From: Eledone cirrhosa
Lineage: Eukaryota
Reading direction: 5' to 3'
DNA length: 64,000 nucleotides
Assembly: GCA_964016885.1 (NCBI GenBank)
Contig: OZ024742.1
Span: 74,834,001-74,898,000 of the forward strand
A program made the position numbers and the translations under genes. The first letter of the stretch is position 1; the number at the start of each line of letters is the position of its first letter. Positions 13,221-27,275 of this stretch are shown here, one piece after another. Below the pieces are notes generated by a model. It was not told the DNA's origin. It did not search any database and saw nothing but the letters and a program-made list of their open reading frames with translations.

Positions 13221-14186
13221 GTAAGTATATGCGGAATATATGGGAATATGTGAAAGAGGTCTGTATATTTGAACTACATAACAACCGAATAAGTGAAGTA
13301 TTTAAGGCTCCCGTGTTTGTATATTAATTTCTATTGAATACAGATAGCAATTTTCTAAAATTGAAAACATGTGTACTTTTCTTAAATCTATCTTCAGCTT
13401 AAATTGTTGTTGTTTAACCGTATCCCCGCCTTCACCAAGCAGATCGACGAGGAAAAGCATCCACTCCTGATGCTTGTCTTGTATATCTTCGACTATGTTA
13501 TCTCCCACCTCTTTCATCAGGCGGCTGGCTGATTTAGCTACTATTTCTGATAGATCGAGCAACTACATGAAGGTTTATTGAACGTTGTATTTACCAATAG
13601 GCCATTTCACTTGCGTAGATGTTGTTCATACATTTATTTGTGTGTTGCATTTATTTGTATGTGACTCGGAAATTAAAAATGATTTAGTTGTAATACATTA
13701 GAGTCTAATGATTAGACTATACCAAACTCGGAGTTCACGAATTGCTATACAGAATGACTGAATATTTGATAGAGTATAAGTCATTTTCCCCCGAGACGTT
13801 TCATCTCATATTTATAAGCTTCTTATGTTTGATGGGTTTTATTTCCCCCAACCATTAGTTTTCAGGTTGTTTGGGACCACTAGTTTTATTCTAATTCATT
13901 GCCTTACTATTTTGTAATGTAAAAGTATTTTGATTTACTGTAAGTTACATATGAAAACCAGCATTGTTTTGTTATACGTGGACAATATTTCCTTCATTTG
14001 TTAAAAATTATCATAGCAATGGCATTATTCACCCCGGTCAACTTGTCTTTCCCCCTTCCGGATTGATAAAATACAGTAACCAGTCTAGTACAGGAATAGA
14101 TATAATTGACTGTTCTCCTCCCTCAAACTGATGAATTTTTGCGTAAAAATTAGAAACAATTATTATTATTATTATTATTATTATGC

Positions 14187-14331
14187 TTTCCAGCATAGTT
14201 ACGTCCCTTTACGATCTGAGTTCAAATCCCGCCGAGGTTGACTTTGCTTTTCATCCTTACGGGGTCGATAAAATAAAGTACCAGTAATGCCTAAAGTAGA
14301 AACAATTATTATTATTATTATTATTATTATT
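14187..14331 (+). mobile_element. tRNA-derived SINE with (ATT)n tail
   Basis: GAGTTCAAATCCCGCCGAGGTTGACTTTGCTTTTCATCCTTACGGGGTCGATAAAATAAAGTACCAGT. Confidence 0.85.
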
Positions 14332-17300
14332 GAATGCCATGGTTGACGGAGGCTCGGCTCTGTAAGGTATAGTAATTTTTAACCGCTATAACAATTGTAA
14401 ATTGTTTAAAACTTTAACCAAATTGTAGATAAAAACACCCTCCTCCTCGTGAGAGGGGTCTTTCTGCCCATTATTTGGCCCTTCGGGGTTAAATAACCGC
14501 TTATTGGGGTTTTGTGCCCAATATTCATTTTAAACGCCCCAAAAAAACATGGCTACAAAAAAGAATTTTCACAAGTCACTCTTACTCATTCCGTCTTCTT
14601 CTTCCTCAATCGTCACTACATCAGAGAGAAGATTGTCTCTCTCCCTCCCTGCTCTAAATATGGTGTCGCCTCTTTCGCAAGCGACGCCATTAAAGAAAAA
14701 TATAGTTTCTGATAGCTTTCACCAAGAGCACGTGCATACCGTGGAACATTTCTCCACGACAACGACAACGACGAAAGATGTGTGCGGTAAATACGAAAAG
14801 ACATTTCATTCGTCTGACATCATGAAGAATAGCAGTAGCAGCCGTAATAACAGCAGCAGCAGCAGCAACAGTGACAAGGAAAACACTAGTAGCAGCCGCA
14901 ACAACATCAACAGCAGCATAAACAACAACAGCAGCAACAGCAACAACAACAGCAGCAGCAACAGCAACAACAACTACAGCAACAGCAGCGGCGGCGGTCA
15001 TAGTACCAGCAGCAACAACAAAAGTAACAGCAGCTCTGACGACAACAACAACAAGAAAGAAAAACCAATCTCGTTTGCAAGTATCGCAAAGAACCTGGAA
15101 ACCATCCTATAACAAATGAGGAATTACAGGAAGCAAAGAAGATGGTGACGAAAACCGAACACCGAGCAATCTGCAAGGCAGCTGAACATTTTTCGAAACC
15201 CAACAGCACTGTACGGTCACGTACCGTACAGTAAGCACAAAATCACGTAGGGTTGAAAGAGCCACAAAAAGCTTTAGGGTCTGTGTGGCAGCGGAAAACG
15301 CATATCACCCGAGGCAAGAAATATGCCACCGTGGACGTGCTTTTTGCCACACCCCAGGACGCAAAGGCTCAATCCTTAATGACCCTAAGGAGCGAGGAAA
15401 TGGTGTTGGTGCCCTCCTACTGCGGGCAAAAAATTGTGAGGGTCAAACTGACCCACGTCTCCCCCGGGATGGCCCCTTCTTGGCTGGCCGCGTCTGTCCT
15501 CGTCGGAATCGAGGACAAAACAACTGTAGTGCAAGTACAGAAAAAAGTACGAGAAGATTGGGTCGGCACCTCCATTGAGATGTTAATCCAAACCAACCAG
15601 GAGTGCATCGAAGCTATCCCGGATGTGATAGACTTCGATAACGGCACTCAACTGCCCATAAGTGTTGAGGGCAAACGCCCGAAATGCTTCCGCTGTGGAT
15701 CGAAGACTCACCCCAGGGCCTTCTGCAATGAGAAGACCCTGAGAAAAGAGAAAACCTCCCTCCTTCCGAAACCAGCTCCACTGCTACCAGCAACAGGACA
15801 GGCGGCAAGCAGGAAGGATAGGTCCGTGGTACCCATACCCACGCCACGGAAATCAAGAACAGCAGCAGCAGTGGAGGTATTAACAACAACAACAGTAATA
15901 CCAACTGCAGCTGCAACAGAGACTCCACTGCAAACATCACCAACAAGAACAAGTGAAAGAGTGGAGCTGGTACCTCTCCCCGACCTCACGGCATCGGACA
16001 TGGAGTGTGAGGTGGGAGAGAGATGGCAAAAGGTCGCAAGAAGGCACAAACGCAGAAGAAGCGCATCGTCGCCTTCGAAAAGGGAGGGAAAAAATGAAAA
16101 AAGGGTAAAAGCTACTGTAAAGAGACTTACAGCAGCAACACCACCATCACCACCGGCGACAACCCCACCGCAAACAACAACAACATCTTCAACACCACCA
16201 CCACAATCACCAACATCGCAAACACAACAACAAAACACACACACCCAGCAACAACGACAAGAAAATAGCAGAACCACACCCCACCCCCAGAAAAACAAAT
16301 GCACAGCAATAAATACACACAACAAGAAACTAATGACTTACATAATTGAACACACAGACATTTCACAGCACGATACATAATATTAGCACCAATCAAAACA
16401 CCAACGAACATAAGACTGGTAAGAATAGCACATAAACAATACACAAACATTAAAACGAAATTCCCCAATGCAGTTGGTGATTTCAGAGACCTAGGAGGGA
16501 CACTCAACCGGAGAGTATATTCGGATATACTCACAGAAGAGCCGACGACCAGTCGAAGGGACTATTCAACGGTCCCTTAATCAGACGATCAAGTGAAAAG
16601 GGATGGAGAAACCATCCGTCCTCTACGAGAAGTAAGGTAAGTGGTCTTTCCCATCTTTTCCACTCCATTTCAACATGACCTCACTCAGAATAGGCAGCAT
16701 AAATGCGCGTGGCTTGGGGTCGTCATGGAAGCAGGGCCACCTGCTCAACGACCTCAGGTCACTAAACATAGATGTAGTGGCCATCAGCGAGACCAGAATC
16801 TCCGAAACATGGGCCTTCGCACCGATCTTTGGCGGCTTCGATGTGTACGCATCTCCCAGCCGTCCTGGATCGGGGGGAAGAGTTGCTGTGCTTTTTCGGA
16901 GAGGTTTGGATCTCGCCATACGGGCCATCTTCCTGGACCCAGAAAGTAAGTTGGTGGTGCTGGACGTGACCAGCGGAAACGGGCAAGCTTTCAGGCTAGT
17001 GGCCGTCTATGCCCCGACAGGAGCAGGGCGGCCTGATTTCTTCTGGCGTCTGGAGACCTTTCTAGGAACGTCCCACTCTTTAGTGTTAATGGGCGACTGG
17101 AACGGGATCTTAGATGCACGCTGGGACTGTGTGGGATTAGCGGATAGGGAAGGAGGGTGCAAGAGCCTCACCAACCTGCTCAGGCGTTTTGAACTGTCTG
17201 ACAGGTACCGATTGGATTTCCCGAATGTGCCAATGTGGACATGGACAAACCGTATCGGGTCATCCAGATCATATCTAGATAGGGTATTTTGTAGGGAAAT

Positions 17301-20196
17301 AGCATAGGCTGTCCACATTTCAAAATAGTCGACTACACGAACCACAAATTCGTGATCTGTGAGGTTGACTTAGATAGGCTTCATAGATAGGGACCCGGCT
17401 ACTGGAAGCTAAACGCGTCATTAACAGCGCGCAACGTCTACAGAGACCGGATTAGCGAATTAGTTAAGCGAGCGTTGATGGGGGCCACCGTCAACAACAA
17501 ATGGTGGTTTGCTCTGAAAAGAGTGACTAGAATAGAGTCCATTAGGTTTCGTAAGGCTTTAGCAATAGAGAAAAATAAAGCAGAGGGAGAACTAGTTAGA
17601 AAATTAGACGAGGCTCTTAGTAAAAGCATCGGGACCGATGTACTTGCGGCGAAATTGGCCCTTGACCAATTCTTCAATGCAAATCACGAAGGCTGCGTTG
17701 TCAGAGTTAGGGTGCGTGCTCTCAGACACGAGGGGACGGAAGCCGTTCAATGGGACCGAGTGGCGGAGGAGTGTCGTGGCAACAAAGCCACGATCCGGTC
17801 TTTGGTGGACCACGACGGGCGCATGCTACTCGATCCTGGGAAAATGTGTGAAGCTTTTCAGCGACACTTCGCTCAGCTTTTCGGGGGCAGCGGCGGGGCG
17901 GATCGAGGGATGGACTTTAGTGCCTACCTCGACGGACTAACGCGGCTCTCGGCCACTGAGACGGAGTGTTGCGAAAATCCGATAACAGCTGCTGATGACC
18001 GGGGGGCAATGACTGGTTGCACAAGGGGTAATTCGACTGGTTTGGATTGTCTTCCCTATGAACTTTACTTGTTCGGAGGCCTCTTGGCGGACGGCTACTG
18101 CAACTGGCAACAGAACGGGAGAATTCCCAGCTCTGTGAGCCGAGGAGTGGTGGCGCTGCTCAGAAAGGATCCGAACAAGGGGGATAACATAGATCATTTC
18201 AGGCCCATAACTCTGCTAAACTCAGAGTTCAAGATTTTGGCCAAGGTGCTAGAAAAGAGGTTGGCGCTTGTCGTTGGTGGTCTGGTGGGAGAGGCGCGGA
18301 CATGTGCCATCCCAGACAGATCCATCCACGTCAACCTCCACCTTATGCGATACATCGTGGAGAGAGTAGCTAGATAACCTGGCACGGGTGGGTCCTTGAT
18401 GAATTTAGATCAGTCGAAAGCTTTCGATAGGGTCGACCATCGTTACCTAGCGGCAGTCCTGAAGGCTGCTGGCTTTGGGCCTGTCTTCAGAGGCTGGATC
18501 GCTGTCATGCACAGCGACATCTGCTCTGTGGTGAGAGTGAACGGTCACCTTTCGGAACCTTTCAACATCATGCGCTCGGTCCGCCAAAGATGGCCCCTCT
18601 CGTCCCTCTTGTACGTATTGACTCTCGAGCCTTTACTTCACAAACTGGAGACGTTGAGGGGGGTCCCGTGCGAACTAGGATGCGGAAGATCCGTGTCAGC
18701 ATATGCGGACGATGTCACCGTAGTGGTGTCGAACGCCAAACACATCGAGGTGATCGGCACTACACTAAGAGAATACGAAGCGGTGACAGGAGCAATGATC
18801 AACCAGGAAAAGTCAGTGGGCCTGCAGCTCGGCACCTGGAGAGACAGGTCCATGCCGTCCAACAGCGACGTCGGATGCTGGACGGACGGAGCGCTTAATT
18901 GCTAGGGGTCTGGTTCGGTGCGGGCCTCCAGACGGACAAAAACTGGGACGAGGTGACGAGCAGGGTGGCTTCTCTCACCCAGAAATGGGCGGAGAGGAAA
19001 CTATCCCTGAAAGGTCGAGCGGAGGTGGCTAACGCGTACATCGCGTCCTTCATCTACTACCGCCTGACCGTTGTACCTTGTCCTAAGCCCCTCGTGACTG
19101 CGATGGAGCGTTTGCTATTTTGCCTTTTGTGGAAGGGACGCGCTCCGATGGTCAGGCGGTCCATCTGCTGTTTGCTAGACGCGTCTTTCTCCAGCTCGTC
19201 TCTTTGACGGAGCTGCAGTCCTGGGTCAAGCGAAGACCGAGAGGGAGCGTTTGGAGACTGGAATGTCTTCAGGCGCTCACAGCCCTCGACCAATCGGGCA
19301 ATGTGATCGGTGGAAACTCCACCCCGGCGTTCTATAGAGGATTAGTGGAGGGGAAGAGCGACGACGTACTTGGGGAAACTCTAGGCGTCGACGAAAATCA
19401 ACTAGCCAATCTCTTCGGAAGAACTTTCGGGCCGGGGCCTATGGACAACTTCCAGAAATCCCTGGCCTGGAAGTGCTACCGAGGAGCTCTTCCAGTTCGG
19501 GATAAACTCTACAGGCATGGAGGTGCCGTCAGCCGGGAATGTCCAAGATGCGCGCAGGGCCACGAAACCGTCCCGCACTCACTCGTCCAATGTCCGAGCA
19601 TTGCTGACTTGTGGGTTTATGTCGAACACCTGTTGTCGCGTGTAGGACGGATCCGGCTATCAGCTGAGTCCATCGTGAGGATTGCTCCGCTCTCTTCCTT
19701 TAGCCTGGAAGGGCAGGTATTTTTTATCTGTCTGGTGGCCATGGCAAAAGAGATAGTATGGTGGACACGTTTGAAAGGGCTGAAGACGAGCACTTACCTC
19801 TTCGGTGATGCCCTGATTAAATTTCATTTGAAAAGGAAAATCAGGGTAGAGAGGGAAGTGCTCTCTTCCCAGCATTTTGTTGAAAGATGGTTGAGAGAAG
19901 CAAGAATGGCCCGAGTGAATGGGCCTACTCTGAGTATGTGCCTGTAAATTAAAGGTGAAAAACTGGGATAGAGCACTTGCCCTGGTGGTCAGGGTCACTG
20001 TGGCCTTTTAATGGGCTCTCTCCACAAATGTCCCTCGGAAGTCTCCCCCCTATTGGGGAATTTTTCATTGTTATTTTTTTGTTACATCCTCTGTTTTTGT
20101 TTTTTACACGCAGAAAAGCCCATTTGTACCGTCTTGTATTGTCCTGTACTGTCCTTAATGGCTACTTTATGTAAACCCTTGTGGTTAATAAAGAAA
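14332..20196 (+). mobile_element. Full-length decayed Tx1/L1-like LINE inside the host gene intron
   Basis: ORF1 with Ser/Asn tract and CFRCGSKTHPRAFC; ORF2 16675-19947 with APE, RT (LDQSKAFDRVDH, YADD) and C-terminal CPRC...H...C; AATAAA at about 20187; (ATT)n on both sides. Confidence 0.92.
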
Positions 20197-20207
20197 GTAT
20201 TATTATT

Positions 20208-20390
20208 GGCAGTTTCGGTAGAGTGTCGGACGCTATGCCTGGCAGCATAGTTACGTCCCTTTACGGTCTGAGTTCAAATCCCGCCGATGTTAAATTCATC
20301 CCCACGGGGTCAATAAAATAAAGTACCAGTAATGCACTGGCATAATTTACTGGCCTTGTGCCAAAAGTAGAAACAATTATTATTATTATT
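20208..20390 (+). mobile_element. tRNA-derived SINE with (ATT)n tail
   Basis: Same family as 14187; B-box GAGTTCAAATCCC. Confidence 0.85.
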
Positions 20391-21189
20391 ATGACATTCA
20401 TTTGTAAAACCTAAGCGAATGCTAAAACTTATGTGGATGAAGGCGATTAGAGTTGTAAAGTATCGGATTCATATTTGGGTAACTCGAGCAAATACATATA
20501 TACATACATGCACGCATGATAGCTACCATCTCGTTATCGAGTATGGCCATTGCACGATATACCGTTATTGATAATTATTAATTAATTCCTTCGTGCAATG
20601 CCTGTGCTTGAAGATTTTTTTAAAAGTGAGAAAAGACTGTGCACTGAGCCAATGCCACTCTCTGAGCGACAGTAGCTATAACCCGAAAAGAAGAAAAGAT
20701 CAACATAATCGGTAACTACTGAGCTGCAGGTTTTATGTCGGTGTTATCCCAGTTTCCTGAGTTGCCTTCTCCTAGAAGAATGCCCTGACAATGTCTACGA
20801 GTCCTTCACTCCCAGTGGTTTAACCGCGCGATGGGGTATCAAGCCCGACTATTTCTATGTCCCCGCGCATATACATACACATGCACACATGCATATACAT
20901 ATATACATATATACATATACATACATATGTACATGTGTATATACATATTTACACATTTTTGGATGGCCGTTCACTCTTATGAGTTCTTCCGCTCTTTGTC
21001 AGGTTTTGTTTTTTGTCTTGCATGGTGTCCAAAATCACCCTCAAGTAAACTTGGTGAGGTTGCTGGTTTAGTCGCCGACGACCCGACCATGCGACAGGTT
21101 GTACTGGGTTACATGTTACCAGTAGCACTCAAGAGTGACCCGACATACGTATATATATACATACATACATGCATGATGTAGTAATCAAA

Positions 21190-21715
21190 ACATTATGCAA
21201 TCCAATCCGTAGAAAGAATAGCCCTGAGAATAAACATAAAAAATTAAAGTGAAGTAGAGGACATATGCATCCATAATATGAAAGAGTACTGGTGGAATGT
21301 TCTAGTCACAACCCTAATAAAATACAAACGGTATGGAGCAGAGAAAAGAAGGCATACCCAGCAGATGTCAATATAATGCTAAAGATTGACAAAAATCAGA
21401 ACAGCTTATAACTATGACCATTGGAGCTTCAGTACAAATCTTGAGAAGCTGGACATTACAGAACCTGAAAGAACACGTTTAGTTGGGAAGTTACAAGTAC
21501 AATCCATTAATATAACTGTAAACAATATGTAAGGCATTTTAGAAATTCAACATGTAATTACATATTCAAATATACAGATTCAAAAAATATATGCACGTGT
21601 ACACACACTCACACACACAGACAGACGTATTTACCTAGTTGATGTATAAATTCCAATGAAAGAGTCTTGTTTCTATGCTAGAAACCGGCTCTCTTTCTAT
21701 TGGTGAAAGTTTATA
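21190..21715 (+). mobile_element. Degraded R4/Dong-like RLE LINE 3' end
   Basis: KEYWWNVLVTTLIK..VWSREKK..PADVNIMLKI..KLQVQS remnants plus a 3'UTR hairpin at 21652-21705. Confidence 0.5.
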
Positions 21716-21719
21716 AAAC

Positions 21720-22170
21720 AATGGTTTCTGATTTAGGCACGAGGCCAATAACTTTGGGGGAGGGGAAAGTGGATTAAATTGATCCCAGTGCCTTACTGTT
21801 ACTTTATTTTATCGGCCTCGTAAAGATGAAAGGCAAAGTTAACGTCGGTGGGGTTTGAACTCAGAACGTAATGGGCCGAAGCTCTATGCCGTCAAGCATG
21901 TTGTTCGACGCTCTACCGATACTGCTAATCCACCACCAAAGTTTATGAAATAATGGTTTCTGATTTAGGCACATGACCAGCAATTTTAGGAGAAGGGGGA
22001 AGTCGATTAAATTGACCCCAGTGCGTGACTGGTACTGCATTTTATCAATCCCGTAAGCATGAAAGGCAAAGTTAACCTCGGCGGGATTTGAACTCAGAAA
22101 GCAAAGGGTCATAACTCTATGCTGTAAAGCATAGTGTCTGACTCTCTACCGATACTGCCAATCCACAACA
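21720..22170 (-). mobile_element. Two tandem tRNA-derived SINEs
   Basis: Reverse complement of the SINE core (TGAAAGGCAAAGTTAAC.TCGG.GGG.TTTGAACTCAG) twice, about 232 bp apart. Confidence 0.85.
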
Positions 22171-22329
22171 AAATGAAACTGTCATAAAAATAAAAAACAA
22201 AGAAAAGCTCGTTACAAATCCCATACAGTTCAATTACTTTCTTTCTTGTCTTGTAGTCAGTATGTCCTAGTTCTTCTTCTTCATCTCCTTCTTCCTCTTC
22301 TTCTTCATCTTCTTCCTCTTCTTATTATT

Positions 22330-23750
22330 CTTTTGAGAGTTATGGGGGCAGAGTCATTAGAGTCACCTTCCAGAGGTTCCTATCAGATGTAACCGTTTCT
22401 AATTGATCCGGCTGGATCTCCAAGCGAGACACGCCGAGCTCATGGATGTGATGTTATCCAGCCATCGTGCTCCTTTCGAGTTTGCTTTTCCTGTAAAATC
22501 TGTCCAGCGATTCTTTCCTGAGGCATTATAACTGCATGCCCGTAGTATCGGAGCTGTGATCTCTGATATCCGGGCTACGCACTCTATAGAGTAACGGTAA
22601 AGGTAGGCACGATTACCGAGTTGAAGATACAGAGTTTGGATTTTACAATTACCCTTTCAACACACACACACTTCTTTTGATGATCGAGTGCTAAAGCTGG
22701 TACATTACTGCACGAGCTCATTCAATTTTTGCCTTTAATTCAGTCTCTTGTCTTCCATCACTTGTAAACACAAATCCGAGATACTTCATCATTTGCACCT
22801 GCTTCAGTGGAACTCGATTCATATGCAGAGCGCTCTGAGCAGGCTTTTTTGAAAGTGGGGAATGCCTCGGTCTTGGCTTCTATGATTTTCATCCTGTCGT
22901 GCACACTTGACAGCACACCGATCCAGTGCATATCGGAGATCACCTTCCGACGAGATAAGTAGTACCATGTTATCGGCAAATTCCAGCCAACTGATTTCTC
23001 ACTCGCTGGTCTTGATATCCCTTTAAATCCGGCTGCGCATGTCAATTTTTTCCATGAAAAGTATGAACAAAAGAGGTGTGAGTATGCACCTTTGGCGGAG
23101 ACCGACTGTGACATTGAATGGTTTCAATATAGCAACATTTATCCGAACAAAAATACATTCGTAAAGGGACTTTAAGGCAAAAAGAAGCTGTCTAGCGAAA
23201 TCTCCACAACAAATCCCATGGAATGCTGTCGCATGCATTTTCAAGGTCTACAAAGCAATAATACACCTCTTGGCAATACTCTACAAGTTCTCAAATACCG
23301 ACTGTAGTGTGAATATTTGGTCAACTTTGCTGCGTCCGGGCGAAAAGCACACTGTTCTTTCAGCTAGCTTGGACTTGACAATATCCCTAATTTTTTTGCC
23401 AGACACTTAGCATAGACTTTACTGAGGAGGCTTAACAAGGTGAACGCTCTATAATTGGAACGATCTCTCTTGTCTCCCTTTTTGAAAATTGGGATTATCA
23501 CTCCGAATTGCCATTGCTTTGGTGGCTTTCCAGAAATGCATGTCACTCGGCACACAAGAATCAGCCAGAGAATACCTTCTCTATTTAATGTTTTTAATGT
23601 TTCGGGCCGAATTCCACCCTCTCTAGATGTCTTGCTACATTTGAGCGCTTTAATTGCTCTGGTGACCTCAGCCTCTGAGAGATTATCTTTTGCTCCTAGA
23701 TGCATCATGAACATCAGAAAATGTTGCAACCGAGTTTAGGAAATCAGCAA
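22330..23750 (-). mobile_element. Degraded RTE-clade LINE fragment
   Basis: IIPIFKKGDKRDRSNYRAFTLLSLLSKVYAK, FRPGRS, VGLRQRCILTPLLF. Confidence 0.8.
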
Positions 23751-24525
23751 AGTATTCCCTCTACCACGTGAAGATACACCTATCTTAAGACGAGTCCCTA
23801 ACAGCAAGCGTGGTGGGGGACGCCTTTTTATGAAGTTGGTGGAAGGCCTGCGATAATACTTTATTTTCTGAACTAAAGTCGGATTCCAGCTTCAGTTGAA
23901 TGCTCTATCATGTCCTAACGGCAGCACAATTCGACCTCTGCATATCAGAATTAAAACACGTCACCACTCAAACATCGTCGTCCCGGAGTGATAAAACAAC
24001 TGAAACTATCAATCAATTAACAACAGACTAGAAAGGATCGAAGAACAATGGCTAATTTAACACGGTCACACAAACGAGTAAATGAGTGAATAAATAAACA
24101 TATAAGTTTAAGAAACAAACAACAAGGCAATGAAAACATTGAACGGTTAAATTACTGACACTTGTCAAAATGCAGCCTATCACATTTAACAAATTACTAC
24201 TACATGCTGGCTCGCCTCTGTCGATCCGGCGCCCGTGTCAAGCGAGTTCGAATTTCAGTCAGTTAAAACTCAAGTCACAGGCATAAAAAGGTCATCTCCG
24301 ACATTCACCAAAGTTCTCATCTGTTCTCATGATAATGTATGGTACACCCAAAATATGTTGTGATGAATAAAGATGTCTAATGTAAGATAGTCACTTCTCC
24401 GCTCAATCTGATCTATTTCTTTCTTCATTTGATTGTGTTGCCTTAATACTTTTACCCAGACCTACTCAGCGGCGTTCAAGAAAACCTATATATATACATT
24501 TTGATTACAATTTTTGTCTTTTCAG

Positions 24526-26008
24526 AAAAAATATGTATGGCGATGCGTTGAAGTTTGCCAAGGCTCTGATGAAACTAGGAATTAAAAAAGGAGAGAAGAT
24601 TGCATATTGTGTTCCTAACTGTGTGGAATGGATGAGCTACGACATTGGAATCATGATGACGGGGGCATATTCTATGAGATTAATGTTTGGATTGGCAGAT
24701 ATGAAATCTGTTTTAGAAGGATGTAGTGTAGTTGTATTTGGTTCGAAATCTATTTGGGATAGTTTTCTGTCTATTGCAGAGATAAACGATAACGGAAAGG
24801 TATCTAGTAGCGCCTGCCCTAATTTAAGAATAGCTATTGATGTCTCCAACACATACAGACCACCCAATGTTTTATCTGCTGCTAAGTTAATGGCAGAAAT
24901 ATGTGATGATGATACAATTGAATTTCCTTACATTGATCCAGAAGACATTGCAACAATCAATCAGACTTCCGGTACTACTGGTGTACCTAAACGTATTTGT
25001 CACAGCCATTTTGATTACTTAAACTTACCAGACACATATCTTACTGAGAATATTTCTACTTCTGTTGTTGTATTTTGCAATCGCCCAATGGGATATATTG
25101 GAGGATATCCCTTGGCATTGATATCCAGAGGAGCTGCACATGTAACAGGAGATGTAAACATGTTGAATGATGAGAATAACTTCGATTTTGCCATGGAATT
25201 ATGGAAACAAGAAAAATGTACTATTGTTCATGTTGCGCCACAAAACCTGAAACGCCTAAGGAGCTGTGGATACCGTGTAAATAAGATAATTTCAGGTGGA
25301 GATATGCTTGCACGGAATGCAATAGAACATTCTTTTAAAATTGCAGATCAATTTACAGTTGTTTACGGAAGTACTGAGGCTTTGGGTATATCATATAGAA
25401 TATTTACTCCAGAAAATATTTCAGAACATCAACAGGGAATGTTGGGTCGACCAATTAAAGGAACAGAAATTAAAATTTTAGACGACAAGAAAGGAGTTGT
25501 AGAAATTGGAAAACCTGGACATTTGTATTTTCGAAGTAAGTGGACAACAAAACAATTTCTGGATGGTACATCATGCCTAGAAAATGGATGGTATCCAACG
25601 TCAGATATTTGTTACTTAACAAAAGATGGCGATCTTATCATGGTTGGAAGAAGTACAGACTTTATTAAAAAGTGTACAGTAAAGTTATCAATTAAACTAA
25701 TTGAAGATTATGTCGGACGTCACTCGAGTATAGAAGCAGTGGTTGTCGTAGCAATTCCAGACAAGGATGTTGGTGAACGTGTGTGTGCATGTGTTACTGT
25801 ATTACCTGATCAGGAGTTCAATGAAGATAAATTAAAGAAGTTCTGTGCAGAAACAATGCCACAACCAACCAACTTTGATTCTGTATCGATGCATCCTGAT
25901 TATATAGTATATTTTCCTTGTTTTCCACTTTTGGCTAGTGGCAAGTCTGACAGAAAAACTATAACAGCTTTGGCCATTAAAAAGGTAAAAGATTGTAATG
26001 ATAATTAA
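24526..26008 (+). CDS. ANL-family acyl-CoA-synthetase-like protein, coding exon 2 (total 542 aa)
   Basis: Acceptor TTTTTGTCTTTTCAG; intact ORF with A3 TSGTTGVPK, A5 YGSTE, A7 WYPTSD, A8 GRSTDFIK, A10 PLLASGKSDRK. Confidence 0.93.
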
Positions 26009-26024
26009 TGCAAATGTCAAGACT

Positions 26025-26030
26025 AATAAA
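26025..26030 (+). promoter_or_regulatory. Candidate polyadenylation signal
   Basis: AATAAA 16 nt after the stop codon; usage unproven. Confidence 0.4.
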
Positions 26031-27129
26031 CTGAGTTCGTATCCTACTTGGGTCAAATATGTCTTTTTTCTACTCGGGTTCAGATAAATTAGACACAATT
26101 ATAAGAAATATATGAGCAGGTATGTTTGGATGGTTAACAAAACTGCAATTTAACTCAATAATTTCATTCTACATTTAATGATATTAGATAATTTTATAAT
26201 AAATTAATTAGAATAATTTTCCTTTTTTTCCATATTTTCTTTAATCATAATCCAACATGTAATATCACACACATATCCATATATTACGGATATAAAAAAT
26301 GTTAAACCACTGTTGTGAAGATCTGGCTAATATTTCTAGCGAGTCAGCAAAGCTTCCTTGTTATTAAGCCCCATGTCAGGCCTGGGCGAGCAGAGTTATG
26401 ATCAAAAGAATTCCAGTTATGACCATCCGATTTTTATTCAGATATAGTGTGTTTAAGATAATAAAAGAAAAAATAGACGGTAAGATCTGATCAAGTGTGA
26501 CAGAAAAACCTTAATGACAATGGCTCTTAAAATAGCTGAAGATAACAAAAATAACTAAAAATAATTTAAGATATAATTTGTCTATTTCTATGTCAAAGGC
26601 TATGATCTGTTCTGCAGAAACAATGTATATTTGATATAAAGGTAACAGTCAATGTTTATCACTATTTTATATTTTTGAACTCTGAAAATTCCTGTAAACT
26701 TCTGAATAGCCATATTCTTTTATGTCGTTTCTAAATTTGTTCGTTTAATCAAGACCTACACCCAGAAAAAAAAAAAATTCCTACTTTTTGATTTAATAGA
26801 TATTATGAATATATATAAAACTATATGTAATAATTTATGTTATATTATTCGAGACACAGTTGGTAGTGAATGGTTGAGTTTGCCCGGGAGTGATGACACT
26901 GCCGAAGAAGGGAACCAATATTGACATTATTCGGTCTATAACTCGGCTAAGGTGCCCAAGTTAGCGCTTGTTGTTTGCAGTGTGGTTGGGAACGTACACA
27001 TTTATTGATTCTCAGTGGATTTAACCCTGGTATGGTCTTGTAACTCCTGATGGAGGCATAAGAGCATTGTAGGGACATACGTTGTTTCTAGGACATTTTT
27101 AACTTGTGAGGAATTGAGAAAGAGCTATA

Positions 27130-27275
27130 GGAAGAATCGACACCAGTACAAGTCTGGTAATTTTTTATCGACCTCGAATGGATGAAAGGCAAAATTGACC
27201 TCCATGGGATTTGAACGAATACGACAAAGCATTCTATCAGACGTTCCAGTGACTGTGCCAATTCGCCGCCGTACA
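27130..27275 (-). mobile_element. tRNA-derived SINE
   Basis: Reverse-complement SINE core ATCGACCTCGAATGGATGAAAGGCAAAATTGACCTC. Confidence 0.8.

Noticed and set aside
13300-13830. Possible old PLE remnant with decayed HHR on the minus strand
   Set aside because: Only GAAACGTC and a weak stem II remain.
14430-14515. Possible HDV-like ribozyme in the Tx1 5'UTR (CTCCTCGT loop, long hairpin, GCTTAT-TGGGG)
   Set aside because: Could not assign P1 or P1.1 pairing by eye; needs a descriptor search.
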